Shown one piece after another: positions 1 to 12,900 of a stretch of DNA of 62,496 nucleotides; the stretch's first letter is position 1; every line of letters starts with the position of its first letter. The stretch is from Ginglymostoma cirratum. Taxonomy: Eukaryota. The notes below the pieces were generated by a model that saw only the letters and a program-made list of their open reading frames with translations, was not told the origin of the DNA and did no database searches. The stretch lies in contig JAHRHZ010000049.1 of assembly GCA_024137785.1 (NCBI GenBank), forward strand, positions 17,913,667 through 17,976,162, read 5' to 3'. Both the position numbers and the translations under genes were made by a program.

Positions 1-82
1 TGATGTTTGGCCTGCTGTGTTCATCCAGCTCCACACCTTGTTATCTCAAATTCTCCAGTATCTGCAGTTCCTACTATCTCTG
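1..82 (+). mobile_element. 3' part of short PLE-derived (pLTR) element, family A, cut by window start
   Basis: ggcctgctgtgttcatccagctccacaccttgttatctc...tctgcagttcctactatctc is nearly identical to 50971-51040 and to the end of the PLE at 34230-34314. Confidence 0.85.
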
Positions 83-1379
83 AAATCATCAAGATGATGA
101 GTCTATTCTGGGTAAACATTTCTTCCTTCCTGTTACAGACAGGAAAGGGGTATATTGAACTTGTTTATTTCGTTCACCTTCTGTCCTTTAGAAGTGTGAT
201 TTAATTTTGAGTAGCCTGTGGGATTTCCTAAACCCACAGTTGTGTAGTCTATTTTTTTTTTCAATGAATCTTTAACAAACTTAGACTTAAACCAAGAGTG
301 TCATTTATTCACATTTCAATTTGAGTAGTCTTTGAAATTTCTCACAAAAGAAACAGGAAAACAAATTTCATAGCTATGGACATTAAAACCAAAATTGTGG
401 ATATTAATTCACATGATTATCATAGTCCAAAATGTTAATTTCCAGAGGTGATTCTCCAGCTGGAGCTCACATTCAGGTGGACTCAGCTAGCCAAAGGTAG
501 ATATTGCAGAATTCCATTTAAAGTTAATTAAGCCAGAGCACTACAATGATGTAGAGATTTGATCTACTTTTCAGATAATTGTAAGAATGGTCCAGAGAAA
601 CAGGCTTAATGGAGGTTTGTTTGAGATAGTCTTGTTAGTCTGTAACCTGACTACGTGTTATAAAAACATTACATTCTCAGACTGTCCAGGATCCAGAAAT
701 ATATATCATTAAAGTGTTCAAGACTAGAGGATCATGAGATGAGTCTATTAATGACTAGTTTAAATCTAATAATTGGTCTCTCTCTTGTCAACAATCCATG
801 GTACACCTTTGGAGAAGGATGGGGCTATTATTGTTGAGTGACCGCAGGCTCAAGATTGACATTCTAAATTGACCCACAGCCTGAGAAATCAGGCCTGACA
901 GGAAATTAGCTGAACTAACTTAAACAGAATCCAGCAGCTGTCAGATACAGTGAACAGTGGAAACCACGATCAAAGATGTTACTAAGGTTCAAGGGGAACC
1001 ACTTACAACCAGCCCAAGTATTGTGTATTGGAGAAATGTCAAATGTACGTTACACTCCCCGGTATGGCAACAGTGAAGGGTGTTGGTGCTACCCCAATGA
1101 ACAACTTGCACTCAGCTGATGACCAAATTGACCAAGGCCACAGAACATTCTGGAATGTCTAGGGCGAGGTGGGGGGGATGAAACACACATCTGGAAGCCA
1201 CCCCTTCAACAAAGACTCACAGGAAAGACTCATGGTAGAAGATTGTTTGGCAACCCAGGAAGACTGGAGGAGCAGATCCTCCCTGACCTGAGATACCCAT
1301 CTTCATGGAAGAGAGCCAGCTCTATGTTGGAGAGGAAGGAGGTTCCCAATGACCCAGCTCAAACATGTGTTGTAAGCTG

Positions 1380-1886
1380 AAGTGTCTGACCTCCAACAAC
1401 CACAACCATATTCCAATGTGCCAGGTATGAATCTAACCACTGGCGAGTTTGCGCCCCGATAGCCATTGCTATCAATTTTTACAGGGCTCCTTGATGCCAC
1501 ACTCAGTTGAATGCAGCCTTGATGTTGTGGGCTGTCACTCTCACCTCATCTCTGGAATTCAGCTCTTTTGTCCACATTTGAACCAAGGTTTTAATGAGTC
1601 CAGGAGCTGACTGACCCTGGCAGAACCCAAATGGGCTGTCACTGAGCAGGTTATTACTGGGCAAATGCTGCTTGATAGCACTGTTGATGATACCTTCCAT
1701 CACTTTACTGATGATTGAAAGTACATTGATAGGTTGGTAATTGGCTGGGTTGGATTTGTCTTTTTTTTTGTGTACAGGACATACCTGGTCAGTTGTCCAC
1801 ATTGTCAGGTAACTGCCAGTGTTGTAACTGTACTAAAAGAAATTGGCTAGGAGAGTGGCAAGTTCTGGAGCACAAATCTTCATTAC
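1380..1886 (-). mobile_element. CR1/L2-group LINE fragment, N-terminal RT region
   Basis: ORF 1503-1802 VHKKKDKSNPANYQPINVLSIISKVMEGII...PFGFCQGQSA...IKAAFN matches non-LTR RT motifs (NYRPISLL, QFGFR, D..KAFD). Confidence 0.9.
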
Positions 1887-4029
1887 TGCCTTGTCTTACT
1901 GTTCAGCACCGTCAAAACCAATGAGCTTGTCGTGGTTGTTAGCAGTAATCAGTTAAGGGTGGAAATATTGCTGTATGGCATTATGTTACTTCAGGTCCAC
2001 CGAGTTTCTTAGCAGGTCACACAGCAAACACTGAACATGCATCAGTCAAATCTCAATTTCAGTGGTGTAGTCCTTAGTCAATTGTCGTTTAGAGGGTGTC
2101 TCCACAGTCAGGGAGATAATTGCCCCATTTCAGTCCAAGGGCTTAGACATTGGTTATTTGGCTGCTTGGGTTGGTCATGTTCCATATAACTACAGTCCAG
2201 GGAATGGGCCACGGTCAGATGCAGCGCAAACTGCCTAGGGATTAGCAGCAAGTCAGTTGGGGAGTTAAACATTGTTCAATCAGAAGTCTGGTCATTTGGG
2301 GCTGTACTTCCAAGTCAGTCAAAAGGGTGGACCACAGTCATTCCTCGGTGTCTGCTCACTGACAATCAAGGCAGCTTATTAGACTCCACTGTTGTGGAAG
2401 TTATTTCTAAGTATTGGTGGCAAATATTGTGGCATGAAGAGGGACCAATAATTGTTAAGGCAGGCAGCACAACATGCAAGGGCAGGAGACAATATTGCAT
2501 TGGAGGACATGGGTTATTGCAGGAGGTGAGGGATTATCAATGGGTTGAAGGGGCATTGCAGCACAAGGGTTGTCATGGCTAAGCTGTGGGGTAATTTTAG
2601 GAGACAAGCATAAAATAAAGTAGGAAGGATACATGTGGAAGCTCAGTACTGATGAGGTCAAATAATGAGAGCAAAGCAATAAAAAAGTTTTGGGGTAACC
2701 CTAGATGATCAAGCTGAGCCTGTGATACACTGTGCCAAACAAACCTGTATTGCTTTCTCATCAGAATCTCTAACATGCATTGGAACTGAGAAATAGCTGT
2801 GATCACCCTTGGAATGGATGGAGTGTTTTCTTCCTTTACAAACTCACAGATTCTATTTGTGAGCAATGAGAGACTATTCTAGGGGTAATCACATCAATCA
2901 GGCACTTTCGTAGCAGACGATAAAGTCATTTGCAAGCAAGTATCCCACATGTGAAAGGCATGCAGTGTCCAAAACAACACAGAATTCCAATCCTGATCAC
3001 AAACAATCTTGGCCATGCTATTAATCATTAGAATATTTTGTAGTTTTCTCTGAAGCAGAAATAATCACAGTCAATGATTAAAGAGTCAACCATTTACAAC
3101 AATTCAAAGATAATCTAAGGATCACAAAGTGGATTTTTTCTTATATAGAACTGCAACTATTTGCCAACATGCTTTTATATGCAATGGTCCCTTCCTTCTG
3201 TGACATGAAGTAAGGATTGGGGGGTAAGCTTTCAGTCATCTTGCCACGCTTAGAATCTTCTAATGCATTTGTCTGTCATGGATTATGCTGCAGACATTGG
3301 AATCACATCACTATTTCAACAACATATGTGTAGGCATTCCGTACCCCTTGCCTGACACAGTCTTTCACGTCCCCCTTAGAGGATAATGTTAAATAAATTG
3401 CTGATGATGTAAGTGTTGATTGCTCACATTAAGAATCTTTGACATTCCCACACAGGTTCATTTGAACCATGACCAATGTATCTGGTCATAGCGTGGATCA
3501 TTGTCACTGTAGTTGCCGAGCTACAGAATGTGCACTAATAGTGAGAGGAAAACAGATGTGACAGAGTCCAGGATCAACATTAACCTTCACTGGCTGCCAT
3601 ACAACATACATAAGAAGGAGACGCAGCTGATAGTCCTGTTAGAAAATGCCAGAGGTACAGGAGGACCAGAGATTGTCATTCTCAAAGCCATTTCCTCCAG
3701 GTGAGGAACATGCATTACAATTACACAGTGTACCATTACAGATTGATGCCATCAACTGGAACAGGAATCATGACCTGAGGGAGTGAGCAGTTTATTTTAT
3801 CCTGGTGGCAATCAAGGTAATAAATGCATTAAGTTTCTAAGCAACTGGGTACTCCTAGGGATCTACTAGGGACCTCTAGGATCTCACAGTCCTCAACTCA
3901 AATGCATCAAGGCTATTGGCTATCCATGTTGTGTCTTATGACACTAATTCATTTTATTTCCTCATAACAGGTCAATACGGCAGCCCAGGCAGGAAGTAAT
4001 ATTTGCGAGATTGCAGACAAAAGGACACT

Positions 4030-4409
4030 TTGTCAAATTTTTGTCTTGCACTCATCAGGAGAATTTGAATGAAATACCAGTGTAAAGGGAAGACAACTGT
4101 CCAAGAAGAGAGTGCTAGTTGGTTGATGTGTTGACTGATTGGTATTTCCATAGAGAACGTACTAGTTAGAAAATAATATAGTTAGCTGCCAAGCTTTAAG
4201 TTTTAAACCTTGGATGGGTCAGGCATTGCCCTGAGAAGTGAACCAGAGAATAGCTGTCACGTATTTTATTGGCAGAGTGTTCCGTCTGTCTGCAATGTAC
4301 AGCAACCTGGGTATTAATATATGTAGCTGCAGTAAATGCAAGTGCTTCACACAATTGTTACGGTGCAGAAGGAAACATTTCGGCCCATCATCCCTGGCTC
4401 TGATCAATA
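4030..4409 (-). mobile_element. Old interspersed repeat, probably a PLE terminal region, with a decayed hammerhead-like motif
   Basis: Minus strand 4058-4032 reads CTGATGA-GTGCAAGAC-AAAAATTTGAC (hammerhead core with G12 lost); interrupted at about 4410 by the next element. Confidence 0.45.
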
Positions 4410-4806
4410 TCAGAAATTGCACAACACCAGACTATTGTCCAACAGGTTTATTTGAAAACACAAGCTTTCGAAGCCTCACCCCTTCTTCAGGCGTTAGTGA
4501 GCTGATATGAGACACAAAATTTTTAAGTAAAAGGTTAAAGGGTCACAAAGCTGATGAGGATGTCATAAACAAACCTGAGATGCTGTTAAATCTTTAATCA
4601 GTTGGAAGGTTTTAATTGATTAATATGTATATGTAAATCCCTAAATTCCTTTCAAGTCACTGCCCTGAGAGAACTGAAGGTTTTATCTGTGTAAAGAAGA
4701 GGTGACATTTAGGTCAGACAATGCATGTTAGGTGTGAGGCTTTGTTTAGAATCTGTTTGTGTTTTGGTTTGAAATCAGACTGGTTTTATTTCTAAAGTAG
4801 GAATTT
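4410..4806 (-). mobile_element. Solo terminal repeat (pLTR/3' end) of PLE family B
   Basis: About 400 bp direct match to 7634-8030, the terminus of the GIY-YIG element; hammerhead core on minus strand at 4490-4463. Confidence 0.85.
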
Positions 4807-4829
4807 ATCCCATAACGCTGCGCAATATT

Positions 4830-6040
4830 TTTATTGAAATAATCATCCCTCACGAATGCTCAATTGAAACTGCCTCCAAGACTCCTCCAGACAATGCATT
4901 GTACACTCTAACAATTCACTGAAGAAAGATTTGTCACATTGCATTTGCTTCTTTTGTAAAATACTTTAAATTGTCCTTTTGTCCTCAGTCCATTTATGAG
5001 TAGGAACAATTATCTGAATCCAGACTGCTCACAATTTTGAAATCTTCTATCAAATCTCTTCTCCAAGAGAAACAGTTCCAACTTCTGCAATCATAACTGA
5101 AGTGCCTCAGCCTTGGAAGCACTTTTATAAGCTTCTTCCATACTCTTTTTCTGCATTCACATCCTTCCTAGAGTGCAACATCCAGATCTGTACATAATAC
5201 TCTAGCTGACTTCCATCCAGTATCCTCTATATGTTCATCATGACTTCCTGTTCTTGTATTCTATGACTTTACTAACGAAGCTTAAAATACAGTATACTTA
5301 ATCAACAACTCTCTAAATGTCTTGCCATCTTTAATGACTTATGTACACCGCCACACAAGTTTCTCTGCTCCAGCATATCATTCAGAATAGTGCCCTTTGT
5401 TTTGTGTTGTCTGTCCATGTTTTTACTAATACTAATCATCTCCACCAATTTGTCCATACCTTTTTGGAGTGATATCTTTCTTCCAAGCAATTTACAATTC
5501 TCCCAAGTTTGCTATTATACACAAACTTGGAAATTGTGTCTTGCAACTAAGATCTACATTGTTAGGTAAATCAAGTCTCCAAATACCAACTTCTGGAGAA
5601 ACATAGAAACCGAGAAAGTAGGAGCAGGAGTTGGCCATTTGGCCCTTTGAGCCGGCTCCACCATTGATTATGATCATGGCTAATCATCCAACTTAATAGC
5701 CTGTTCCCAATTTTTGTCCATTTTTTTTATCACTTTAGCCCCATGTGCTATATCCAGCTCCTTCTTGAAATCATGCAATGTTTTGACCTCAACTGCCTTC
5801 TGTGATTGTGAATTTCATTGACTCACCATCATCTGAGTGAAGAAATTTCTGCTTATTTTCCTAAATGATTTACTCTCTATCCATGTACTGTGATCACTGG
5901 TTCTGTCATCCTCAGTCATCTGGAACATCCTTCCTGCCTCTACTCTGTCTAGTCTTGTTAGAATTTTATAAGGTTCTATGAGATCCTCCCCTTATTCTCC
6001 TGAACTCCAGTGAATATTATCCCAACTGAATCAAAGTCTT
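4830..6040 (-). mobile_element. Degenerate CR1 LINE fragments (two 3' portions)
   Basis: CR1 3'-end signature (ggagcaggagttggccatttggccctttgagcc at about 5620) and reverse-strand RT C-terminal remnants (ORF 5302-5490 LEQRNLCGGVHKSLK). Confidence 0.75.
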
Positions 6041-6169
6041 GTCATACTATCACCGCATCACAAGAACCATTAAACAATAGCCTGTGTTTTGCATTATGAC
6101 CCATTACCACTACACCCTGCAAGTAACAAATATTAACAGTTAAACAGCTCCTAATGGGGCAGTGTAAAT

Positions 6170-6373
6170 AGCTTCCTAAATCAACAATTGCTGGGTCAAA
6201 ATCCTGGAATTCCCTCCCTAATGGCATTGTGGGTCAACTCAGAGCAGGTGGACTGCAGCAGTTCAAGAAGGCAGCTCACCACCACCTTCTCAAGGGCAGC
6301 GAGGGACAGGCAACAAATGCTGGCCAGCCAGCAATGCCCACATCCCACAAAAGTGAACTTTTTTAAAAAAAAC
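6170..6373 (+). mobile_element. 3' end of CR1/L2-group LINE
   Basis: ctgggtcaaaatcctggaattccctccc...gttcaagaaggcagctcaccaccaccttctcaagggc...A-rich end; related tails at 14590-14950 (+), 17030-17200 (-) and 37085-37325 (-). Confidence 0.75.
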
Positions 6374-6389
6374 TAGCAAATTTATGTTA

Positions 6390-6775
6390 TTACACATCAC
6401 TGGGAATTGAAACTTGGTTTCCTGGTCCAGAGGTAGGGACACTATCACTGCATCACTGAGCCCGATGAGCTAGCAGACAGTGATTAGAATTTTGCTGTAA
6501 ACTGAACATGGTTACATGGCTAATTTCACCATCAGCTTCATTAAAAAGCTTGCTTGGAAGAAAAATATCACTGAAATTCAAACTCGGGTTCTCTTGCTTA
6601 CTAGACGGGGAATTTAGCCCACTAATGCATAGCACCATCAACACCAGCTAGCTGATCGATATTTTTATTCAACCTGTTCAGAGATATCATTGCACATCTC
6701 TGGAGCTGATTAAACTTGAATCTGGGGCTTCTGGACCAGAGATAGGGATGCTACCACTGTGTCAAAAGACAGCCT
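6390..6775 (-). mobile_element. Two short tRNA-derived SINE heads
   Basis: 6405-6457 and 6712-6770 are related (ctggtccagaggtagggacactatcactg / ctggaccagagatagggatgctaccactg); the minus strand resembles a tRNA-like A/B box head; a third copy lies near 59740-59790. Confidence 0.5.
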
Positions 6776-8121
6776 GGGAACTAGTTGACACCAGTTGCGG
6801 AAAAAAATCATTTTCAGCGGTTTTCTTTAATTATCTAACATGTACTAGTCTTCCAAGGGAAGCCTTGAAAGTCCTATTTACAGCTGTGAAGTTTGGAATT
6901 CAGGCAGTAGACTTCAGTTAAATGTCAGACGAAAACAAGATTACATTTTTATGAAGAGATTTAAGACTCCCTTATTCACCAATGCCAGCCTTCAAATTAC
7001 AGTTAAATTTCTTGGACAAACAGAATCCATCTGATTGATGTGTCACCTGAAATTGTAGGAATTTAAAACATTTTCTGCTGCAAGTAGAGACTTTAGTTGC
7101 TTCATCATTGAGAGCATCTTCCCAGCATCTCCCCATCTGTGTTGATCCAGACGGAAAAGAGCAGTATTGTCCCTGAGATGAGATTTAGGAAGCTGTGTGT
7201 TTATTCTATTTACAGCTTCTGTTGTGGTTTACTACATTATTGTAGCATTGTGTACAAGTAACTTGATCAGCATTATAATTGTTATAACCCTCGGTAAAGT
7301 TAAAGCCAGAAGGATTAGAATGAAATTCAGGTGCTAATTGCAGAGTTCTAATTTTACAACTATGACCGTCCCATTCTCATCCAACTGATCAAGGTAAAAT
7401 TGAGTCATACTTACTTTAACAGAAATGCTTAAATGCTCAGAAAGGGGTATATTATTTACTCAGAAATATAGGATAATATATACAGCAGGAGAAATGATCA
7501 CATCAGGTCCAATGGTTGCCAATTAAACAAGATTGAACATATTAATATAAGTTTCAACAATGTCTAACATGTGTCTGAATACCTAAAGTAGATCCTTATC
7601 CAATATGGCAGGAGGTGCATTTCTAGCATGAGGTCAGAAATCACACAACACCAGGTTATAGTCCAATAGGTTTATTTGAAAACACAAGTTTTTGGAGTCT
7701 TACTCCTCCTTTGGGTGTTAGTGAGAGAGGTAGTATCCGACACAGAATTTATAAGTAAAAGATCAAAGGGTCACACCACTGTTGAGGATATACTAAAAAA
7801 ACCTAAGATGCTGTTAAATCTTTAATCACTTAGAAGGTTTTAATTGATTAATACGTATATGTAAATCTGAATTCCTTTCAAGTCACCGCCTTAGGAGAAC
7901 GAAAGGTTTTATCTGTGTAAAGAACAGGTGACATTTTAGGACAGACAATGCATGTTAGGTGTGAGGCCTTGTTTTGAATCTGTTTGTGTTTTGTTTTGGA
8001 GTCAGACTGGTTTTATTTCTAAAGTAAGAATTTATAAAACACCACATTGACTGTCTATAAATTGTGTGCTTTTGGAATGAAATAGAATTTATTTGCAAAT
8101 ACAAATCCACCCCATAGATTC

Positions 8122-8279
8122 ATGTGTGTGTATGCGTGTGAGTGAGAGACAGAGAGAGAGAGAGATAGGGAGAGTGAATGTGTGTGCGTGTGGGGTGAGG
8201 AAGTGAGACTGTGTGTGTGCGTGCACGTGTGTGTGAGTGGGGAAAGAGAGAAAGAGTGTGTGTGTATATGTGTGTGGGA
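8122..8279. repeat. Compound (GT)n/(GA)n microsatellite inside the PLE 3' region
   Basis: Directly visible dinucleotide runs abutting the gap. Confidence 0.95.
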
Positions 8280-8408
8280 NNNNNNNNNNNNNNNNNNNNN
8301 NNNNNNNNNNNNNNNNNNNNNNNNNNNNNNNNNNNNNNNNNNNNNNNNNNNNNNNNNNNNNNNNNNNNNNNNNNNNNNNNNNNNNNNNNNNNNNNNNNNN
8401 NNNNNNNN
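8280..8408. other. Assembly gap (N run)
   Basis: Continuous Ns. Confidence 1.
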
Positions 8409-9804
8409 GTGGTGGTGTACCCGTAGTATGACATGAACCCAAGGTCTCAGTTGAGACCATTCTCATGGGTACCGAACTGGGCTATCAGCCTCTGCTCAGC
8501 AATTCTGTGTTGTTGTGTATCCCAAAGTCCGTGTTGGAGGACGTTTGCCCAAAGATCTGAGGCCGAATGTCCTTGACGGCTGAAGTGTTCCCCCACTGGG
8601 AGGACCGTCCCTGTCTGGCAATTTTGCATAGTGTCCATTCATCCGTTGTTGTAGTGTTTGCATAGTTTTGCCAATATACCATGCCTCAGGACAACCTTGC
8701 CTGCAGCGTACGAGAATAGACAACATTGGCCGAGTCACATGAATATCTGCCATGCACATGGTGGGTGATGTTCCCATGTGTAATGGTAGTATCCATGTCG
8801 AAGATCTGACATGTCTTGCAGAGGTTGCCATGACAAGGTTGGATGGTATTGTGGCCAATGTTGTCCTGAAGGCTGGGTAGTTTGCTGCAAACAATGGTCT
8901 GTTTAAGGTTTGCTGGTTGTTTGAAAGCGAGAAGTGGAGGCGTGGGGAAGATCTTGATGAGGTGCTCATCGTCATCGATAATGTATTGAAGGCTGCAAAG
9001 AACATGGCGTAGTTTCTCCGCTCCTGGGAAGTACTGGACAATGAAGGATACCTTATTGGATGTATCCAGTGTCTGTCTTCTGAGAAGATCATTACGGTTT
9101 TTTGCTGTGGCACATCGGAACTGGCTATCCTGTTCCTATGAGGCTGTCCTTCATACATTCAGGAAGATTTGTACATTACCTTCCATCATAGACTTTTACT
9201 TCCTTTTTTTTAATCTAAAAATCTAATTTTGTGCAATTAAATTTCTAAGTCACTGCATTTATAATGAATCTGCAACATCTTAATGATTCTTTACTGGGGA
9301 AATCATTATGTATTAGCTATGAAAGCAATACTGTTGGCGTTTAATTGTGTATTCCTGAAAATGGGTTATGGGATTGCAGTGCATTCTTAACCCATGTCCA
9401 TTCAGTGAAATGTTGACAATGTGTCAATGTTGCACTGCCTGCTTATTTTAGCATGCATTTCTGTCAGCAAGCAGTTCTACTTGGGTTGCTCATAGGCTGC
9501 ACACCAGTTGGTGGTCCAACATCATTCGCACTTAAAGCTATTCTATACTATCTATGGTTAGCCTCTATCTCTTAAATAAGAGTGTGTTATGGCTGGAGAT
9601 GAAGGTGGTAAGTGTTATTCTGCAATTAAACCTGATGTGGGAAAAAGTGAGGTTCTTACGACTGTCCATTGGAGAGAACAAGCGCACAGATTTTCAGGTA
9701 TAGCACAAAAATTCTTGGTTGAACAGTTAAATTGGAGGAGGGATGTTCTATAAAGACAAGGAACAGGGGTCTGTTAGACAAGTAGGGAGAAGATGGGGGA
9801 AACT

Positions 9805-9905
9805 TTCTGACAAAGGGCAACTGGACTTGAAAAATTAGCTCTGTTTCTCTCTCCCTGATGCTGCCAGACCAGCTGAATTTCTTTACCACTTTCTGTTTTT
9901 GTTAC
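9805..9905 (+). mobile_element. Older short PLE-derived element (family A-related), degenerate
   Basis: aaagggcaactggacttgaaaaattagctctgtttctctctccctgatgctgccagaccagctga matches the minus-strand copies at 37727-37826 and 43335-43472. Confidence 0.6.
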
Positions 9906-12900
9906 AGCAGTAACTAATCTGGGTTTCATGTTCAAACTCTCATGGAGGATGTGGTGCAGACCAATATCAAATGGTGTTTGTGTTCACTGACACAGCTGAA
10001 TCAATTGAATTTGATGTTATTCTCTTACCTAATCCTTCATCTCACATCTTCCTTATTCTTGACCGTCGGACTAACAACTTGTAGCAGGGTTAAATATGCG
10101 CTTTTTACTTTCCGATCCCCCTTCCCCTTAATTTTCAAACATTTTATTTCACAAAACCAAAAACTGCAAACTGGCCAAGCCACTGTGGAAGACCGTGAAG
10201 ACAGTGATGGTGAAGACACAGCAGTTACTCAATTTTACTCTCACGGACTCCAGATTTTCCTTTGAGGCACTGCACTGATGGAGTGACAGTGGCTCAAAAA
10301 ACCACAAACCTGCTGCACTCTCTCAGGATTAATACTTCTCTGCTCCCACTCCACATCTCCGTCAATGCCGTTGCCATTCTCGGTCAGCCAACCAACCCAA
10401 ACTGCTACCACCCAAGTCAAGATGGTCCAGTCTGAAGCTGGGCCTATTAGGCTCTGTAGTGTTTATGATCATCCTCTAAAACCACCTTCTACCTCCTTCA
10501 CTGAAAATCAGCAGCTCAACTACTGCTACAAGGGTTGAACTTCAAAGAGGCATCACAACAGGCAGAGGAAGATGATAACCAAGCATACAGGAAATGCACA
10601 CAGGTATTTACTGTTTTCTATGTATGTAATATGGTATAATTTAATTTATACATCTCATTTAGAATGTGCATGTGATTATTGCTTTTAAATCTGTAAGATG
10701 ATGATGTCTTAGTTAATTAGGGTGGGGAGGTAAAGAGGTAGGGACTTATTGAATGAGGAATTGGCAATAGGTATTGTATTTGAATCACATTTTTATGTAC
10801 AGCCCATACAGAAAGACATTTTCTCCATTTCAGGCCTCCCCTTTCTCCTCTTTCTCTTCTTTCTTATCTTCGTCCAATCCTCCACCTCATTACTTCTGCT
10901 ACTCAGCTTCTTGCCTGTTCACTGTTACCTAACGGTAAGGTTGTGAAGCCTATACCATAGCACCGTGCATCATGACAGCTGCTCAACAAATTAATACAGG
11001 TCTTCTTTAGAGAAGTCCAGGCAGTGAAACACCAGTTGCCTTGTTGGTCTGCCCTATCACATTTTTCATGGCAGCCTGGCCTCTATTCTACATATTCATC
11101 CCCCCGTTTGTGAGTTGTGAACTGAAGATGTCAGCCATGGATAGTCTTTGTCAGTCAATAGCTCCCCTTTGGCTTGGCATAGTGGTTGAATTATGCAAAG
11201 GACTGCTGCAGAGTGAATTTATCATGACTGTTGATAGCATACTGGACAGTGGCCTGCCTAAAGCACTATGGTCGCACACAGGCTGTACATGAAGCCTTTA
11301 TTCAGGTACATTGCAGATTTGGTACTCAGAACATATAAAACAATGTACATGTGAGTGGCATTCTGTACCTTGGAGAAGCCGACAAATCTTTGCAAACTCC
11401 ATTCACTTCTCTCTGGAAAGAGGGAAGAAATTGTGTTATCACTCTGTGCAGAAAATGCATTCGTGACCTCCCTTATGTTGCTGGAAAAATAGTTTTAATC
11501 TCCAGCAGCAGCCATAAAGGAGCCATAAGAATAAATTTACGCAGCCACAGTCATCTTGACACCCAACTGTAATGCAATTTTTGCCCTGCTCTGAAATTGG
11601 AATTATGATTGCAGGAATTGGCAAAATCCAGTGGTGACTTCCTTAGTAATCTCAAACATCTGAAACATTAGGCATCTCTGAAGTTCAGGTCGGAGAATTT
11701 GTCCCCGGACACCAAGGGTGGATATGGCATACTGAGATCTCTTTTCCCCTATTAATCCTCCTTCTTGCAGCAGTTTGTCCTGCCTGTGTGTTATTCCCTA
11801 TCAACAGCAAACAAGGTTTGATAAAACTTTAATGTGGAATCTTTATTTGAAGAAAAGATGTTGCACAGAGAGATTTACTTAGGAGTTAGGTACAGAACAT
11901 TTGAGCTCTAGCATTGATGCTTCAGACTGCCTCACAACTAATACATCATGTCTGTCGAAGTGGTTAGAGATTAAAATATTTTCTCTCAAAGGTGTATGTC
12001 ATCCTATCACAACACTTTCCTTTAGTACTTTTGTTCATTCTCTGAGTCACGTCCAATGCCATGAGGAAGGACTATCAGTTCTCACATATCAGATTGTGTA
12101 GAAGATTTGAAGTCAGAAAAAAATACTTTAGCACATACCCCAACACACTGTGCACTTTTTAAAACTTAATGCAACAATGGAAAGCACCAAAAATATGCAG
12201 CATTATGGAAGAAGCCAGAAGAAATAATCTAACAACTAACCTGTAAGTGGTTGATACCACTTTAAGCCACTGTGGCCAGTGGGTGGTCCATTATGTTGCA
12301 TCATATAATGTGCAGCTATAAACTTTAAGAGAGGCTTTATGTTTAGAGTGAAAACTCTGGCATCAGATTAGCCTTGCACATGTGTTGCACATATGTTCAA
12401 AGTGCTCTCAGGTTTCCAGCAGATGTAATGTGTGCATGTGTCCATCCCTTTACTAATATGCCATTGACTGCACTTCACCTCCTAAGTGCGTGCCTGTGCA
12501 GTGATATCATTTGTGAATGCCAAGGGACCTTAAAGCACCTGAGAAATAATGTGCTACAAAGACAATTTTCACCTTTTGCAACTGTATTGATGTTATACAG
12601 GACAAAATTATCACTTTTATCAGTGCAGTTTGTATTATTATGAAGAATAAATTTTATATGGAACACTGCATATTCACGTTAAACAATGAACCCAATATAA
12701 GTAAATTGTCAATAAATTAGAAAAGTTGAAAATGCAATGGCTGCACAGTCACATTGCATATGTAACGGTTAATTCCAGAAAAGAAATTTTCAATAAACAA
12801 AAGCATTGTTCTAATGTGATACTATTTGTCTACTGTGCAATTGCTTAAATCTCTCGAAATCATTTCTACTTGTGTATTATGCAAATAAGTAAATGTCTGG

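Larger units (their letters stand above)
7634..9150 (-). mobile_element. Penelope-like element family B (Neptune-type), 5'-truncated: GIY-YIG endonuclease plus pLTR
   Basis: Frameshifted minus ORFs give RCRQGCPEAWYIGKTMQTLQQRMNGH (GIY-YIG), PVGEHFSRQGHS, RIAEQRLIAQFGTHENGLN and an upstream CHGNLCKTC Cys motif; terminus matches 4410-4806. Confidence 0.9.

Noticed and set aside
8089-8466. Several ORFs with HT/VC-rich and X-rich translations
   Set aside because: Artefacts of the microsatellite and the N gap.
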